From contig MFUJ01000016.1 of the NCBI GenBank assembly GCA_001785675.1, positions 149 through 64,148 on the forward strand: a stretch of 64,000 bases of DNA, given 5' to 3'. Positions within the stretch are counted from its first letter, which is position 1; each line of letters starts with the position of its first letter. The DNA is from Candidatus Nomurabacteria bacterium RIFCSPHIGHO2_12_FULL_37_29 (GTDB lineage: Bacteria > Patescibacteriota > Minisyncoccia > Phycocordibacterales > UBA9973). The notes beneath the pieces were generated by a model that saw only the letters and a list, made by a program, of their open reading frames with translations, did no database searches and was not told where the DNA came from. The position numbers and the translations under genes were made by a program. Shown here in pieces: positions 1 to 8,696 of the stretch.

Positions 1-1665
1 ACAACAGCAACATTAAATGGCGACATAACAGCCACAGGTGGCGCCAATGCAACGGCTCGTGGATTCGAATATGGTACAACTATTTCCTATGGAACAAGTA
101 CCACGAGTAGTGGAAGCTATGGTATAGCTTCTTTCAGCGACAATATAACTTCACTTACCTGCGCCACGACATACCATTTTCGTTCCTATGCCACGAACTC
201 TGCCGGCACAGGATCAGGAGCTGATGCAACTTTCACAACCACAAGTTGTCCTTCCTCTGGCGGTGGCGGAGGCGGAAATAGCGGGCTTGGGGGAGGCGGT
301 GGTGGAGGAACGATAATTGTAAATGCACCAACAGTAGTGGAGATCATAGAAAATCCAATTGATTTTATCGATAATCAAATTATTACTCCAATTTTTACCA
401 CTATTGATAAAATAATTCCCTCATTTTTAAAACCTAAACCCGTTCCAGTAAAGCCTATTGTTCCAGTTGAAGAATTAGTGACAGAAAAGGTCCCGTTAGC
501 TTTGGGGGGTATATGGCAACTTTATCTTTTGCCTCAAAAAGCAGAATTTGTTTTAGCCCCTTTACCAAAAGCGATTAATGATCTGGCTCAAAAGTTCCCG
601 ACATTGGAACAAACTTTTAACGAAGTAGGTATTAGTAAAATTACCGATATTACAAAACTTAATAATATTAAATTAAACCTCCCTGGATTAACGGAAAGAG
701 TAGGTTTGTCGACTCTCAATATTAAACCCAGCATATTTTCTCTACCAGAGGGTATTCCGATCGGCAATCTATCACTAGCAACTAAAAAACAAATACCCGC
801 GGAAATTATCTTTGTTAAAACTGGCGCTGAATTGATTGATTTTAATCCTACTTTGTCTGTTTCTGATAAAGGCGAACCAGAGCAAAAAATCAACACAATC
901 TCTGGCAAACTTTTACAGTTAGCTGTAAAACCCGATAAACCAGTAGAGAGCGTGAAGGGCTATGTAGTCTTTAAATCAAGGGCAATCCGTTCAACTTCTT
1001 TAGAAATTCCGTCTGATTCTTTATTAGCATCAGCTATTTTTGCCACTCCAGTTTTTGCTCAAATAGAGGAGAAACCTGTTAGAGTTGAAGAAAAACTGGT
1101 TTTGCTCGAATTTTTATACACCGATATTGATGGTGATGGAATTTATACGGCTGAAATAAAGGCGCCTTTGGTTGAAGGTGAATATGAAATTATTACGGTA
1201 CTAGACTTTATCGATCCAGACTTGGGTAACAAACAAATTCGTTTGACTACCGTTGTTGACCCAGAGGGGTATGTTTATTCCACTTTGCCGGCAGGCAAAT
1301 TAAGAATCGCCGGAGCCGTTGTTTCTATTTATTGGTTAAACCCTGGAACCAAGAAATATGAAATATGGTCAGCCAAGGAATACCAGCAGGAAAATCCGCA
1401 AGTTACTGACGATACAGGCAAGTATTCTTTTTTAGTGCCCCCCGGCACATATTATTTAAGAATTGAACATCCTAATTATCCTGCTTATCAATCTGAAACT
1501 TTTGTGGTCAAAGAAGGCAGCGGAGTTCACATGAATATTGAGCTTAAAACTAAATACTGGTGGCTTCAGATTTTTGACTGGAAAACCACTTTATTAGTTC
1601 TAGTTATAATTTTATTGCTTTATAACTTTTATCGTGATAAAATGAGAGAGAGTTTAATGAAATAA
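1..1665 (+). CDS. 5'-truncated cell-surface protein with fibronectin-III-like repeat, Gly-rich linker, carboxypeptidase-regulatory-like beta-sandwich and C-terminal TM anchor
   Basis: Frame 1 is open from base 1. It encodes ...ARGFEYGTTISYGTS...TCATTYHFRSYATNSAG (fn3-like repeat common in CPR surface proteins), a GGGGGGNSGLGGGGGGG run, and KYSFLVPPGTYYLRIEHPNYPAYQSETFVV (CarbopepD_reg-like). A hydrophobic tail LLVLVIILLLY precedes the stop at 1663-1665. Confidence 0.55.
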   Translation, partial: TTATLNGDITATGGANATARGFEYGTTISYGTSTTSSGSYGIASFSDNITSLTCATTYHFRSYATNSAGTGSGADATFTTTSCPSSGGGGGGNSGLGGGGGGGTIIVNAPTVVEIIENPIDFIDNQIITPIFTTIDKIIPSFLKPKPVPVKPIVPVEELVTEKVPLALGGIWQLYLLPQKAEFVLAPLPKAINDLAQKFPTLEQTFNEVGISKITDITKLNNIKLNLPGLTERVGLSTLNIKPSIFSLPEGIPIGNLSLATKKQIPAEIIFVKTGAELIDFNPTLSVSDKGEPEQKINTISGKLLQLAVKPDKPVESVKGYVVFKSRAIRSTSLEIPSDSLLASAIFATPVFAQIEEKPVRVEEKLVLLEFLYTDIDGDGIYTAEIKAPLVEGEYEIITVLDFIDPDLGNKQIRLTTVVDPEGYVYSTLPAGKLRIAGAVVSIYWLNPGTKKYEIWSAKEYQQENPQVTDDTGKYSFLVPPGTYYLRIEHPNYPAYQSETFVVKEGSGVHMNIELKTKYWWLQIFDWKTTLLVLVIILLLYNFYRDKMRESLMK

Positions 1666-1672
1666 AGAATAT

Positions 1673-2035
1673 ATGAAAAACCCAAATAGAATTTTAATTC
1701 TCATTTTAGTTCTGCTTCTCGGTAATGTTTTTTTAGGCGTCAAATATTTTTCTGTTGCAAAAGAGCTTCGTCAGACCAAAACTCTTTCGGAAGCCCAAAA
1801 GGTCAATAATAAGGTTTTAGAATTTTCCAAGCTTTTTATTGAAAAAGTACTAAAAACCAAGACTGAAATTGATTTTGAAATGAGATTAAAACTTGAAAAC
1901 GCAGTTAGAGACTTAGGAGATAATGAAATTTTGGCTCAATGGTCCCAATTTATTGAAAGCACAACGGAAGCCAACGCGCAAGAAGAGGTTAAAAATTTAC
2001 TGGAATTATTAATAAACAAAATTAGGGTAAAATAA
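1673..2035 (+). CDS. hypothetical small membrane-anchored protein
   Basis: 120-aa ORF with an N-terminal hydrophobic helix (ILILILVLLLGNVFLGV). No recognisable domain. Confidence 0.35.
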   Translation: MKNPNRILILILVLLLGNVFLGVKYFSVAKELRQTKTLSEAQKVNNKVLEFSKLFIEKVLKTKTEIDFEMRLKLENAVRDLGDNEILAQWSQFIESTTEANAQEEVKNLLELLINKIRVK

Positions 2036-2180
2036 ATTTTGTTTCCATTGCATAGTACTTGTTTTTATGTCATTAAAGATCGGCATGGTGTGAGCGCTAC
2101 CCAACATCTCAACAATAATATAGCTATAAAGCAGGTACCATTTGAGTTTACGATAAACCTTCCACCGTCACTTAAAATTT

Positions 2181-2609
2181 TTGGTAATAAATAAAATATT
2201 AATTATGCAAATTTCTATTTTTGAAGAGGTGAAGCAGTTGAATTTTCCTTTTGGTAGTTATGCTGTCGTTGGTGGTGGTGTTATGGAAGCACACGGAATT
2301 CGCAATCATGGAGATGTTGATATTATTGTGACACGTGAATTTTTTGAAAAGTTAAAGAACCATGGTTGGGAATTAGTACATGGTAAAAATAATGTAATCA
2401 AAAAAGGGAATTATGAAATTGATGTGGATTTTAAATATGGAGACTATCAGCCTGACCATGAAGGATTAATAAGAGATGCAGAGATCATTAAGGGGGTGCC
2501 ATTTATGCGACTTGAGGAGCTTATTAAGTTTAAGAAAGCGCTTGGTAGGGATAAGGATAAAAAAGATATTGCGCTGGTGAAAAGATATTTGATAAAACAA
2601 AAAATTTAG
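2181..2609 (+). CDS. putative nucleotidyltransferase-fold protein
   Basis: GSYAVVGGGVMEAHGIRNHGDVDIIV resembles the Pol-beta-like NTase G[SG]...D.D motif. The start may instead be the ATG at 2205. Confidence 0.4.
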   Translation: MVINKILIMQISIFEEVKQLNFPFGSYAVVGGGVMEAHGIRNHGDVDIIVTREFFEKLKNHGWELVHGKNNVIKKGNYEIDVDFKYGDYQPDHEGLIRDAEIIKGVPFMRLEELIKFKKALGRDKDKKDIALVKRYLIKQKI

Positions 2610-2616
2610 ACTAATA

Positions 2617-3234
2617 TTGTTAATTATGGATACAGGGAAATTACTTTTAACATCAACAGGTCTATCTTCTGAAAATATCGCAAAAAGATTTCAGAGTTTT
2701 TTTGCTGATTCTGGAAGTCAGGCTGTTGCAATAATTACTACTGCTGCGGAGGGTAAGGAGCAAAATAAATATTCCCAATTAGCTAAAAAGCAGTTCAAGA
2801 AAATGGGATTTACTAAGATCGATTTTGTTGATCTCGAGACAGAGCCAACTATAGATTTTTCTTCGTATAGAGTAATTTATGTGTGTGGTGGAAACACATT
2901 TAAACTTCTAAAATTTGCACGAAAGGCAAATTTCCAGTCTTCGGTTAATAATCTCATAAAACGTAATGGTGTATATGTTGGTGTTAGTGCTGGAAGTATT
3001 ATTGTCAGTCCGTCTATTAATATTGCAAATGAGGTTGAGCCTGACTCAAATGATATTGGCTTAGAAGATCTTACTGGTTTTAATATCACTAATCTTATTA
3101 TTCTCCCACATTATTCTCCAGAAGTTGAGGAAGAAACAAAAGCTTTTGAGACAAAATATGGAGTTACTGTAGAACGTTTGAACAACTATCAGGCTGTCCT
3201 TATAGAAAACGGAGAAAAAACTATTATTGAATAA
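2617..3234 (+). CDS. peptidase S51 (dipeptidase E-like) / class I glutamine amidotransferase-like protein
   Basis: YVCGGNTFKLLKF and GVSAGSII motifs typical of the PepE/cyanophycinase family. Confidence 0.6.
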   Translation: MLIMDTGKLLLTSTGLSSENIAKRFQSFFADSGSQAVAIITTAAEGKEQNKYSQLAKKQFKKMGFTKIDFVDLETEPTIDFSSYRVIYVCGGNTFKLLKFARKANFQSSVNNLIKRNGVYVGVSAGSIIVSPSINIANEVEPDSNDIGLEDLTGFNITNLIILPHYSPEVEEETKAFETKYGVTVERLNNYQAVLIENGEKTIIE

Positions 3235-3237
3235 AAA

Positions 3238-3263
3238 TGGGGGCACACTTGCGTATGCCCCCA
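3238..3263. terminator. bidirectional hairpin terminator at the left border of the high-GC island
   Basis: Perfect 8-bp stem tgggggca/tgccccca with a 10-nt loop, lying between the convergent stops at 3234 (+) and 3266 (-). Confidence 0.5.
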
Positions 3264-3265
3264 TG

Positions 3266-4021
3266 TCAGATCAACCTCTTAATTTTACTCATCACATCCT
3301 TCACCCTTTTCCTCCTTGAGAGTTCTAGGGCAAGTTCATAGATGAGTAGGTCCGAAGACCTAAGGAGCCTTGCTTGCTGTTCAAGCGATCGGAATCCACG
3401 GAAGTATCTTCGACTATGCGCGAACGCAAGTCGAACCATCGAGGCCATGATATCCGAGAGGCATAATTCTCGCTCGAGAGTTGCATTTTCATGCAATTTC
3501 TCAAGCGTTGAGAGTTTCTGCCTGATCTCGTCAGCACACAGCTCAACGATAGATTTCGAGAGCGAGGCGGGGTAGGGAACAAGCAGCTCCCTAAGTCGGA
3601 CACTGATATCCGTAACATCATACAGAGTCTCGGCAGTTGCCAAGTCTCCGCACAACGCTTCTGGCAACCAGTATCCGGTAGCCCAGGGGCGGTGTTGACA
3701 GCCCAGATTCCTGCCCTCAATCCACTCCTCGACCTGCCTAACGAGCAAGGCTGAATCGCAAACTGCGACACCTCCAGAGCCCATCGGCAGATCAAAGCGA
3801 ACACTGTCATCGCACACAAAGAAGTTTCCGGTTGGCCACCGATTCTCTAGCAAAGCTTTGATGGTGTTGGAATATCTTTCAATACTCCCGTCATCACAGC
3901 CTGCCAAAAGGTCGATTTTGCCTTTTGCCGAATTCCTCTTCAGTCCAACATGTAGTAGCACTTTCATGCCATACAATTCACGCAAAACGTGAGACAGATC
4001 GGAGGCTAAGCTATTTTTCAT
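3266..4021 (-). CDS. hypothetical protein, possibly nucleotidyltransferase-like; last gene of the high-GC operon
   Basis: 251-aa ORF with high GC. Its start overlaps the stop of the upstream gene by 4 nt (4018-4021). No firm domain; KGKIDLLAGCDDGS and the helical C-terminus are only weakly NTase-like. Confidence 0.45.
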   Translation of the reverse strand: MKNSLASDLSHVLRELYGMKVLLHVGLKRNSAKGKIDLLAGCDDGSIERYSNTIKALLENRWPTGNFFVCDDSVRFDLPMGSGGVAVCDSALLVRQVEEWIEGRNLGCQHRPWATGYWLPEALCGDLATAETLYDVTDISVRLRELLVPYPASLSKSIVELCADEIRQKLSTLEKLHENATLERELCLSDIMASMVRLAFAHSRRYFRGFRSLEQQARLLRSSDLLIYELALELSRRKRVKDVMSKIKRLI

Positions 4022-5136
4022 AGTGCCTCCTTGTTCCGTTTCGACTCCTCAAGCTCGATAAGAGCCTTCGGAAATCCGAATGTGGACGTTAGATACTCGA
4101 TGTCTGATCCGGTCAGAGGGCCATTACTGCGAGAGGTAAGTTTTGTATATTCCTTCCTCCCACGCTCAAGCCCCTTCTCGAATTTTGACACCTCCTCGGC
4201 AAACACAGTCTGCACCGCATCAGCCGAGGCCCATTGATTTCCTGATATCACGACAAACTCATCAAATGAGATGGATGTCTGTCGGCAGAGGATGAAAGCC
4301 TCTCGGATGAGTTTCCGAAGGACATAATCCGCCGCTTTGTTTCCAGGCCGAAGCCCTTCCGATACCAGGAGTACCGCCGCTTTGCCGAGATCGGCGAGGC
4401 GACACATGATGGCTTGATCCTTTACTTCGGATTGTTCCGTGATGGATTCGATCACGCCTTTCCAGCTCGAGTTTTCGTAATCGCTGCCACAGCATTCGAC
4501 TGCTGTGACGATACGATCAATGCTCGCTCCCGAATCGGCGGCAATCTTCTCCAGGGGAGATTCGAAAAGCGTTTCGCCCAGAAACTCGGTAAAGACCAAG
4601 TTCCAGAGCTCGATCGACTTATCCGTGTCTGGATTTCTCCAGACGATCTCCGTGCGAATACCGCATCGATTCTGGGTCGGAGTAAAGGTGACGTTCTTGT
4701 CATTGCTGACAGTCCTGACACCCAACCTTTCCCATATTTTCTGCGATGTTGCATCTTGTGGATGCACTGTTGCCGACAGCGTGGCAGGGCTGATCCCTGC
4801 ACACACTGTCAGATAATGCCAAGCACTCTCGATCATTACATCCTTCACCTCTTGCTCCTTGCCCTCGTAGAGGGAAAAGTGGCCGAGCATGTCGAATGCA
4901 AGATGGTGCCTTCCCGACAAACCGATCTTCTCCCATCTATCTGTCCGCAAGCATGTCTGAACCGAAACGACACGGGTCTTCTCAGGGATTACTCCATGAG
5001 AGATCGCGTTCTCGAAAACGACACCGCCAGAGATGTTGAACAGGAGCTTAGGGTTTGCGCTTACGATTGGAACGCTGTCTTGCCACTGGAAACCGAAGGT
5101 CCCGAAGTGGCGTCTGATTTCATCATACGTCTTCAT
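4018..5136 (-). CDS. divergent alanyl-tRNA synthetase catalytic-domain homolog (mini-AlaRS-like, 372 aa)
   Basis: Class II AlaRS motifs are present: NPKLLFNISGGVVF, RHHLAFDMLGHFSLY, ELWNLVFTEF, ADSGASIDR and YVLRKLIREA. Motif 3 (GPCGPC) is degenerate (NRCGIRTE). The start is set at the ATG 5136-5134, which forms an ATGA overlap with the radical SAM stop. The longer ORF call to 5430 overlaps the upstream gene by 300 nt. Confidence 0.65.
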   Translation of the reverse strand: MKTYDEIRRHFGTFGFQWQDSVPIVSANPKLLFNISGGVVFENAISHGVIPEKTRVVSVQTCLRTDRWEKIGLSGRHHLAFDMLGHFSLYEGKEQEVKDVMIESAWHYLTVCAGISPATLSATVHPQDATSQKIWERLGVRTVSNDKNVTFTPTQNRCGIRTEIVWRNPDTDKSIELWNLVFTEFLGETLFESPLEKIAADSGASIDRIVTAVECCGSDYENSSWKGVIESITEQSEVKDQAIMCRLADLGKAAVLLVSEGLRPGNKAADYVLRKLIREAFILCRQTSISFDEFVVISGNQWASADAVQTVFAEEVSKFEKGLERGRKEYTKLTSRSNGPLTGSDIEYLTSTFGFPKALIELEESKRNKEAL

Positions 5137-6356
5137 GGAGAACCTCCCATTGCCAGATGTTTGAATACAGTCTGCCTGACTGCGTAGGTGAACTTGCTCA
5201 TCTCGGGATGAGTAACAAGTCCGTGGTTGATATCCCAACTCACTACGTGAGCCGGAATCCCGAGGCTGTCCAAGATACCCTGTGCTCGCTCCGCCGTCAT
5301 ATTGTAGGCTGAGCCTTGAGCGCAGATTCTCCGTTGGGCCAGAGGGCAGCGAGATGCCTCGCATTCTGACCGCGCGAAAATCTGTACCGAAGTGATGCTC
5401 GGAATCTTGAGCATCCGAGTAAGGGCGCACGACGACTTGAGATAGACGGGGATACCGGGAAAGTGTTCGGCGCTCAGTGAGAAGATGGAATCCACCAACT
5501 CCTGCGGCAACAACTTCACATTGTCATCCCGAGGGATGTTCGGCATGGGGAGCTTATGAATCTCCACCAGTCCGTTCTCGATACCTTCCGTCCAGCGCAG
5601 ACCGCCCGGAACGATCATGTCGATGACTTCGCCGTAGTGTTTTTTCACCCACAGCATCATCATCTCGATTCTGTCCCGATTACCGCTCCACTCAGGAACG
5701 ATCGGTCGCATGTACCACGCAATGGTGGCTCCTGCTTCCTTGGCTTCCTCAGAATTGAGAAAGCGGTTGTTATGCGCTGGCTCAATCGTGTCTGGATTGT
5801 CTGCCCAGCACAGCGACAGCATCAAGCCGCGCGTTGCATTCGAGATGCGGGCGAAGTCAAGCTTCCTCCCTTTAGGAACGCCACCTTTGGTAACGATCCA
5901 GAAGGGATTCCGTAGACCGCGCCGGACGAATCCGTCCATGATCTCGAATGTACTGTCTACGACAGCAGGAGCGAACGGCTCCGTGCTTGCTGTCCCGATG
6001 CTGATGATTGTCTCATCAGCAATGAAGAACGGATGCTTGACCAGTTCATCGAGGATTTGATCCACGCTAAACTGATTGCGCCGTTTCGGTTTTCTCGGCA
6101 TGGTGCCTCGCTCGTCGAGATCTTGGTAGGTCCCTTGAACGTGGCAGTACCGGCATTGCCAGGCGCAACCGATCCAGAGATCGATGCTCAGCGAGCTGTT
6201 GGACACACTGACTGATGAAAGGGGATGATTACTATCTGGCACGAGAGCTCCATACGTGTATTCACGCAAGGAAAACTCCTGTCCCGTAGTCGTGCCCCTG
6301 ATTTGGACGAGCGGCTCAGAATTAATGGCCGCGAAGTATTCCATCTTGGAATTCAT
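5133..6356 (-). CDS. radical SAM protein (SPL/DNA-photolyase-like family)
   Basis: CAWQCRYC is a CxxxCxxC cluster in the GC..C.YC context seen in spore-photoproduct-lyase-like radical SAM enzymes. 4-nt overlaps on both sides. Confidence 0.6.
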   Translation of the reverse strand: MNSKMEYFAAINSEPLVQIRGTTTGQEFSLREYTYGALVPDSNHPLSSVSVSNSSLSIDLWIGCAWQCRYCHVQGTYQDLDERGTMPRKPKRRNQFSVDQILDELVKHPFFIADETIISIGTASTEPFAPAVVDSTFEIMDGFVRRGLRNPFWIVTKGGVPKGRKLDFARISNATRGLMLSLCWADNPDTIEPAHNNRFLNSEEAKEAGATIAWYMRPIVPEWSGNRDRIEMMMLWVKKHYGEVIDMIVPGGLRWTEGIENGLVEIHKLPMPNIPRDDNVKLLPQELVDSIFSLSAEHFPGIPVYLKSSCALTRMLKIPSITSVQIFARSECEASRCPLAQRRICAQGSAYNMTAERAQGILDSLGIPAHVVSWDINHGLVTHPEMSKFTYAVRQTVFKHLAMGGSP

Positions 6357-7093
6357 GTGACTTCTCCTTTCAGGTAGTTGATGTTTCGTGTGACTTGTTC
6401 TTCCGTTGTCATACCAATGACAACGGAAGTGCCGAGGGTGAGTGCATTTCGTGCAACCATCTCGGCCGAGTGCGGGTCAGTGAGCAACTTCCCCTGTTTG
6501 AACAGACTTCTCAAGAGAACCTCCTTTTTAAGATCAAGCAGATATGGGAGCTGTTGAAGCGCCCAAGTCTGCTCAGTGTTGAAAGGAGCTTCAATCACGT
6601 CGATGTGCGGCAAAACCGCTTCAGCGACAGGATATGAGAAATTGTCGGGTAGGGAAATTCCTACACGCTTGACGATGCCTTCATCCTTAAGCCCCTTAAG
6701 GCACTCAAGGATTACTACTGCTTCTGACGACCACGTGGGCAACCAGTTGTGCAGAAGTACCGTGTCGATGGAAGATCGCCGTAGCCTTTCCAATGATCCG
6801 TACACACTTCGATGTATGCCATCTCGTGAGTAAAATCTTTGGATCGGTTCAGGTGCTTCCAGATTCGGTTTTGATGCTGCCGGAATTTTGGTCACAATGA
6901 CCGCATCTTCCGGTAGGCATGCGCCAAGCATCTCCTCGACCTTGCCTCCACCATAGACGGCCGCCGTATCAAAACGACGGATACCGGAGCTGATGGCGAA
7001 AAGCAGAAGCGATTCAATATAGGCAGGGGACAGGTTTTTGAACTGTCCTCCAAGTTGCCACGTACCGAAGTAGAGGCGATCAAACCAGTCCAT
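6353..7093 (-). CDS. aldo/keto reductase family oxidoreductase
   Basis: GTWQLGG...GIRRFDTAAVYGGGKVEEMLG is the aldo/keto reductase N-terminal signature. 246 aa; first gene of the minus-strand operon. Confidence 0.7.
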   Translation of the reverse strand: MDWFDRLYFGTWQLGGQFKNLSPAYIESLLLFAISSGIRRFDTAAVYGGGKVEEMLGACLPEDAVIVTKIPAASKPNLEAPEPIQRFYSRDGIHRSVYGSLERLRRSSIDTVLLHNWLPTWSSEAVVILECLKGLKDEGIVKRVGISLPDNFSYPVAEAVLPHIDVIEAPFNTEQTWALQQLPYLLDLKKEVLLRSLFKQGKLLTDPHSAEMVARNALTLGTSVVIGMTTEEQVTRNINYLKGEVT

Positions 7094-7275
7094 GTTTTCT
7101 CCTTAATTTTTAGGTTGTAAAAGAGCGTGGAATTGCGATAAGTTCTAGCACAAAACTACAATATATTCTCTAAAATGTCAATGGGTATCCCAAAAGGCGT
7201 ATCCTTGCCGTAATTATAATTGTGTGTTAATGTAATGCCGGAACGAAAACCCTAAACCACAGAAAGGACCTTGTA

Positions 7276-8568
7276 ATGAAACTGCTATATAAGACGACCG
7301 AGGAAGTGCGCCAGACCTTTCTGAGCCACTTTCTCAAGCATGATCACCAGCTCATCGATCCATCGGGGATCATTCCCAAGAACGATTCGACTCTCATGTT
7401 CATCAACTCGGGTATGGCCCCGCTCAAGCCATATTTCACGGGCCAAGCGAAACCGCCGTATCCGCGCCTGACGAACGTGCAGGACTGCATCAGGTTTGTG
7501 GACGTTGAAAGCGTCGGCGATTCCTATCACGGAACGAACTTCCGCATGATGGGTTCCTGGTCCTTCGGAGACTACTTCAAAGAACGGGCCATCGAGCTTG
7601 CCTTTGAACTCATCACCGAGGGATTCGGTATTCCTGCTGAACGTCTCTCCGCCACGGTATTCCTGGCAGACGAAAGTCTGCCAGGCGTACCGAGCGACGA
7701 AGAATCGGCTCGCATCTGGGAGAAATTCTTACCGCGAGATCGAATCATCGGACGGCCACCAGTAGACAACTTCTGGGGTCCAGCGGGAACCAGTGGTCCA
7801 TGTGGCCCTTGCACGGAAGTCTTCTTTGATCGAGGCGAGGAATTCGCCGAGAAAGAAACGGACGACGTGCTGGTTCCTGGGCGACACATCGAGATCTGGA
7901 ATGCCGGAGTGTTCATGCAATACTTCAAAGACGAGCAAGGGAATTTCTCTCCGCTCCCTATGAAGTGCGTGGATACGGGAGCGGGCCTTGAGCGCTTCGC
8001 CATGATCCTACAGGGCCGTGCCTCGATCCACGAGATCGATCAGTACGGCTCGTCCTACCAACTCATCAATCAGAGAATTGGTGACACGGCATGGACGAGG
8101 GTCATTCTCGACCACATCAAGACCTCGATTCTGATGATTCGTGAGGGTATCATTCCGAGCAACACTCGGGAGGGTTACCTTCTCCGTCGTGCGCTTCGGC
8201 GTGCGATGATCGGCATCTTCCTGCGAGGGATCAATCTGACCATTCTTCAGGAGTGGGCAGACTCTCTCAGCGAAGTGATCGATAACAAGGACCTGACCAT
8301 GCGTCAGAAATCTGTTATTGCACACTGGCTCAGCGAGGAGCGTGATAGCTTCGAAAAGCTGATGCATCGCAGCAGAAAGTATCTCGATAAGATCGTCATG
8401 GCTAAGGAGTTGGATGCGCAACATGCATTCACTTTGAAAACCGGCGTGGGTATTCCCGAAGATCTTCTGGAGGAATTCTGTTCTCGTCACGGCATTCCAT
8501 TTCCGAAGATTGAGTTCCTCCGACTTATTGAGGGGCATAAGGATGTCTCGCGTCGGCCGAAGAAGTAG
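7276..8568 (+). CDS. truncated alanyl-tRNA synthetase catalytic core (430 aa, no editing or C-Ala domains)
   Basis: Near-canonical AlaRS motifs: NSGMAPLKPYF, FRMMGSWSFGDYFK, GPCGPCTEVFFDRG, IEIWNAGVFMQYF, VDTGAGLERFAMIL and GYLLRRALRRA. The ORF ends in RRPKK* immediately before a terminator. High GC. Confidence 0.7.
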   Translation: MKLLYKTTEEVRQTFLSHFLKHDHQLIDPSGIIPKNDSTLMFINSGMAPLKPYFTGQAKPPYPRLTNVQDCIRFVDVESVGDSYHGTNFRMMGSWSFGDYFKERAIELAFELITEGFGIPAERLSATVFLADESLPGVPSDEESARIWEKFLPRDRIIGRPPVDNFWGPAGTSGPCGPCTEVFFDRGEEFAEKETDDVLVPGRHIEIWNAGVFMQYFKDEQGNFSPLPMKCVDTGAGLERFAMILQGRASIHEIDQYGSSYQLINQRIGDTAWTRVILDHIKTSILMIREGIIPSNTREGYLLRRALRRAMIGIFLRGINLTILQEWADSLSEVIDNKDLTMRQKSVIAHWLSEERDSFEKLMHRSRKYLDKIVMAKELDAQHAFTLKTGVGIPEDLLEEFCSRHGIPFPKIEFLRLIEGHKDVSRRPKK

Positions 8569-8590
8569 TTCTTTTTGTCTGCACTATGTG

Positions 8591-8630
8591 GAGCCCACCC
8601 GTTAACAAGACGGGCGGGCTCTTTTTTGTT
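8591..8630 (+). terminator. rho-independent terminator at the right border of the high-GC island
   Basis: gagcccacccg-ttaacaa-gacgggcgggctc forms a 12-13-bp stem and is followed by a TTTTTTGTTTTT run. Confidence 0.6.
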
Positions 8631-8696
8631 TTTATGAATATTTATTTAATAAAAAATTAAGTTTCTTTTTGCTTCGCATTTTGCTATATTCAATAA

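Noticed and set aside
5137-5430. N-terminal 98-residue extension of the AlaRS-like ORF
   Set aside because: It overlaps the radical SAM gene by about 300 nt and is low-complexity. An ATGA-coupled start at 5136 gives a canonical AlaRS N-terminus.
3325-8538. Numerous antisense or shadow ORFs inside the high-GC island (e.g. 3325-3819, 4414-5187, 4452-4802, 5556-5915, 5710-6060, 6576-6833, 7572-8003, 8008-8538)
   Set aside because: High GC suppresses stop codons in all frames. These ORFs lie opposite, or overlap, genes with clear family motifs, so they are not called.
3238-8630. Treating the high-GC island purely as an assembly chimera
   Set aside because: This cannot be excluded without reads. 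However, both junctions fall in intergenic regions at canonical terminators, the flanks are colinear host genes, and the island genes form a tight operon. It is therefore reported as probable HGT with the chimera caveat.
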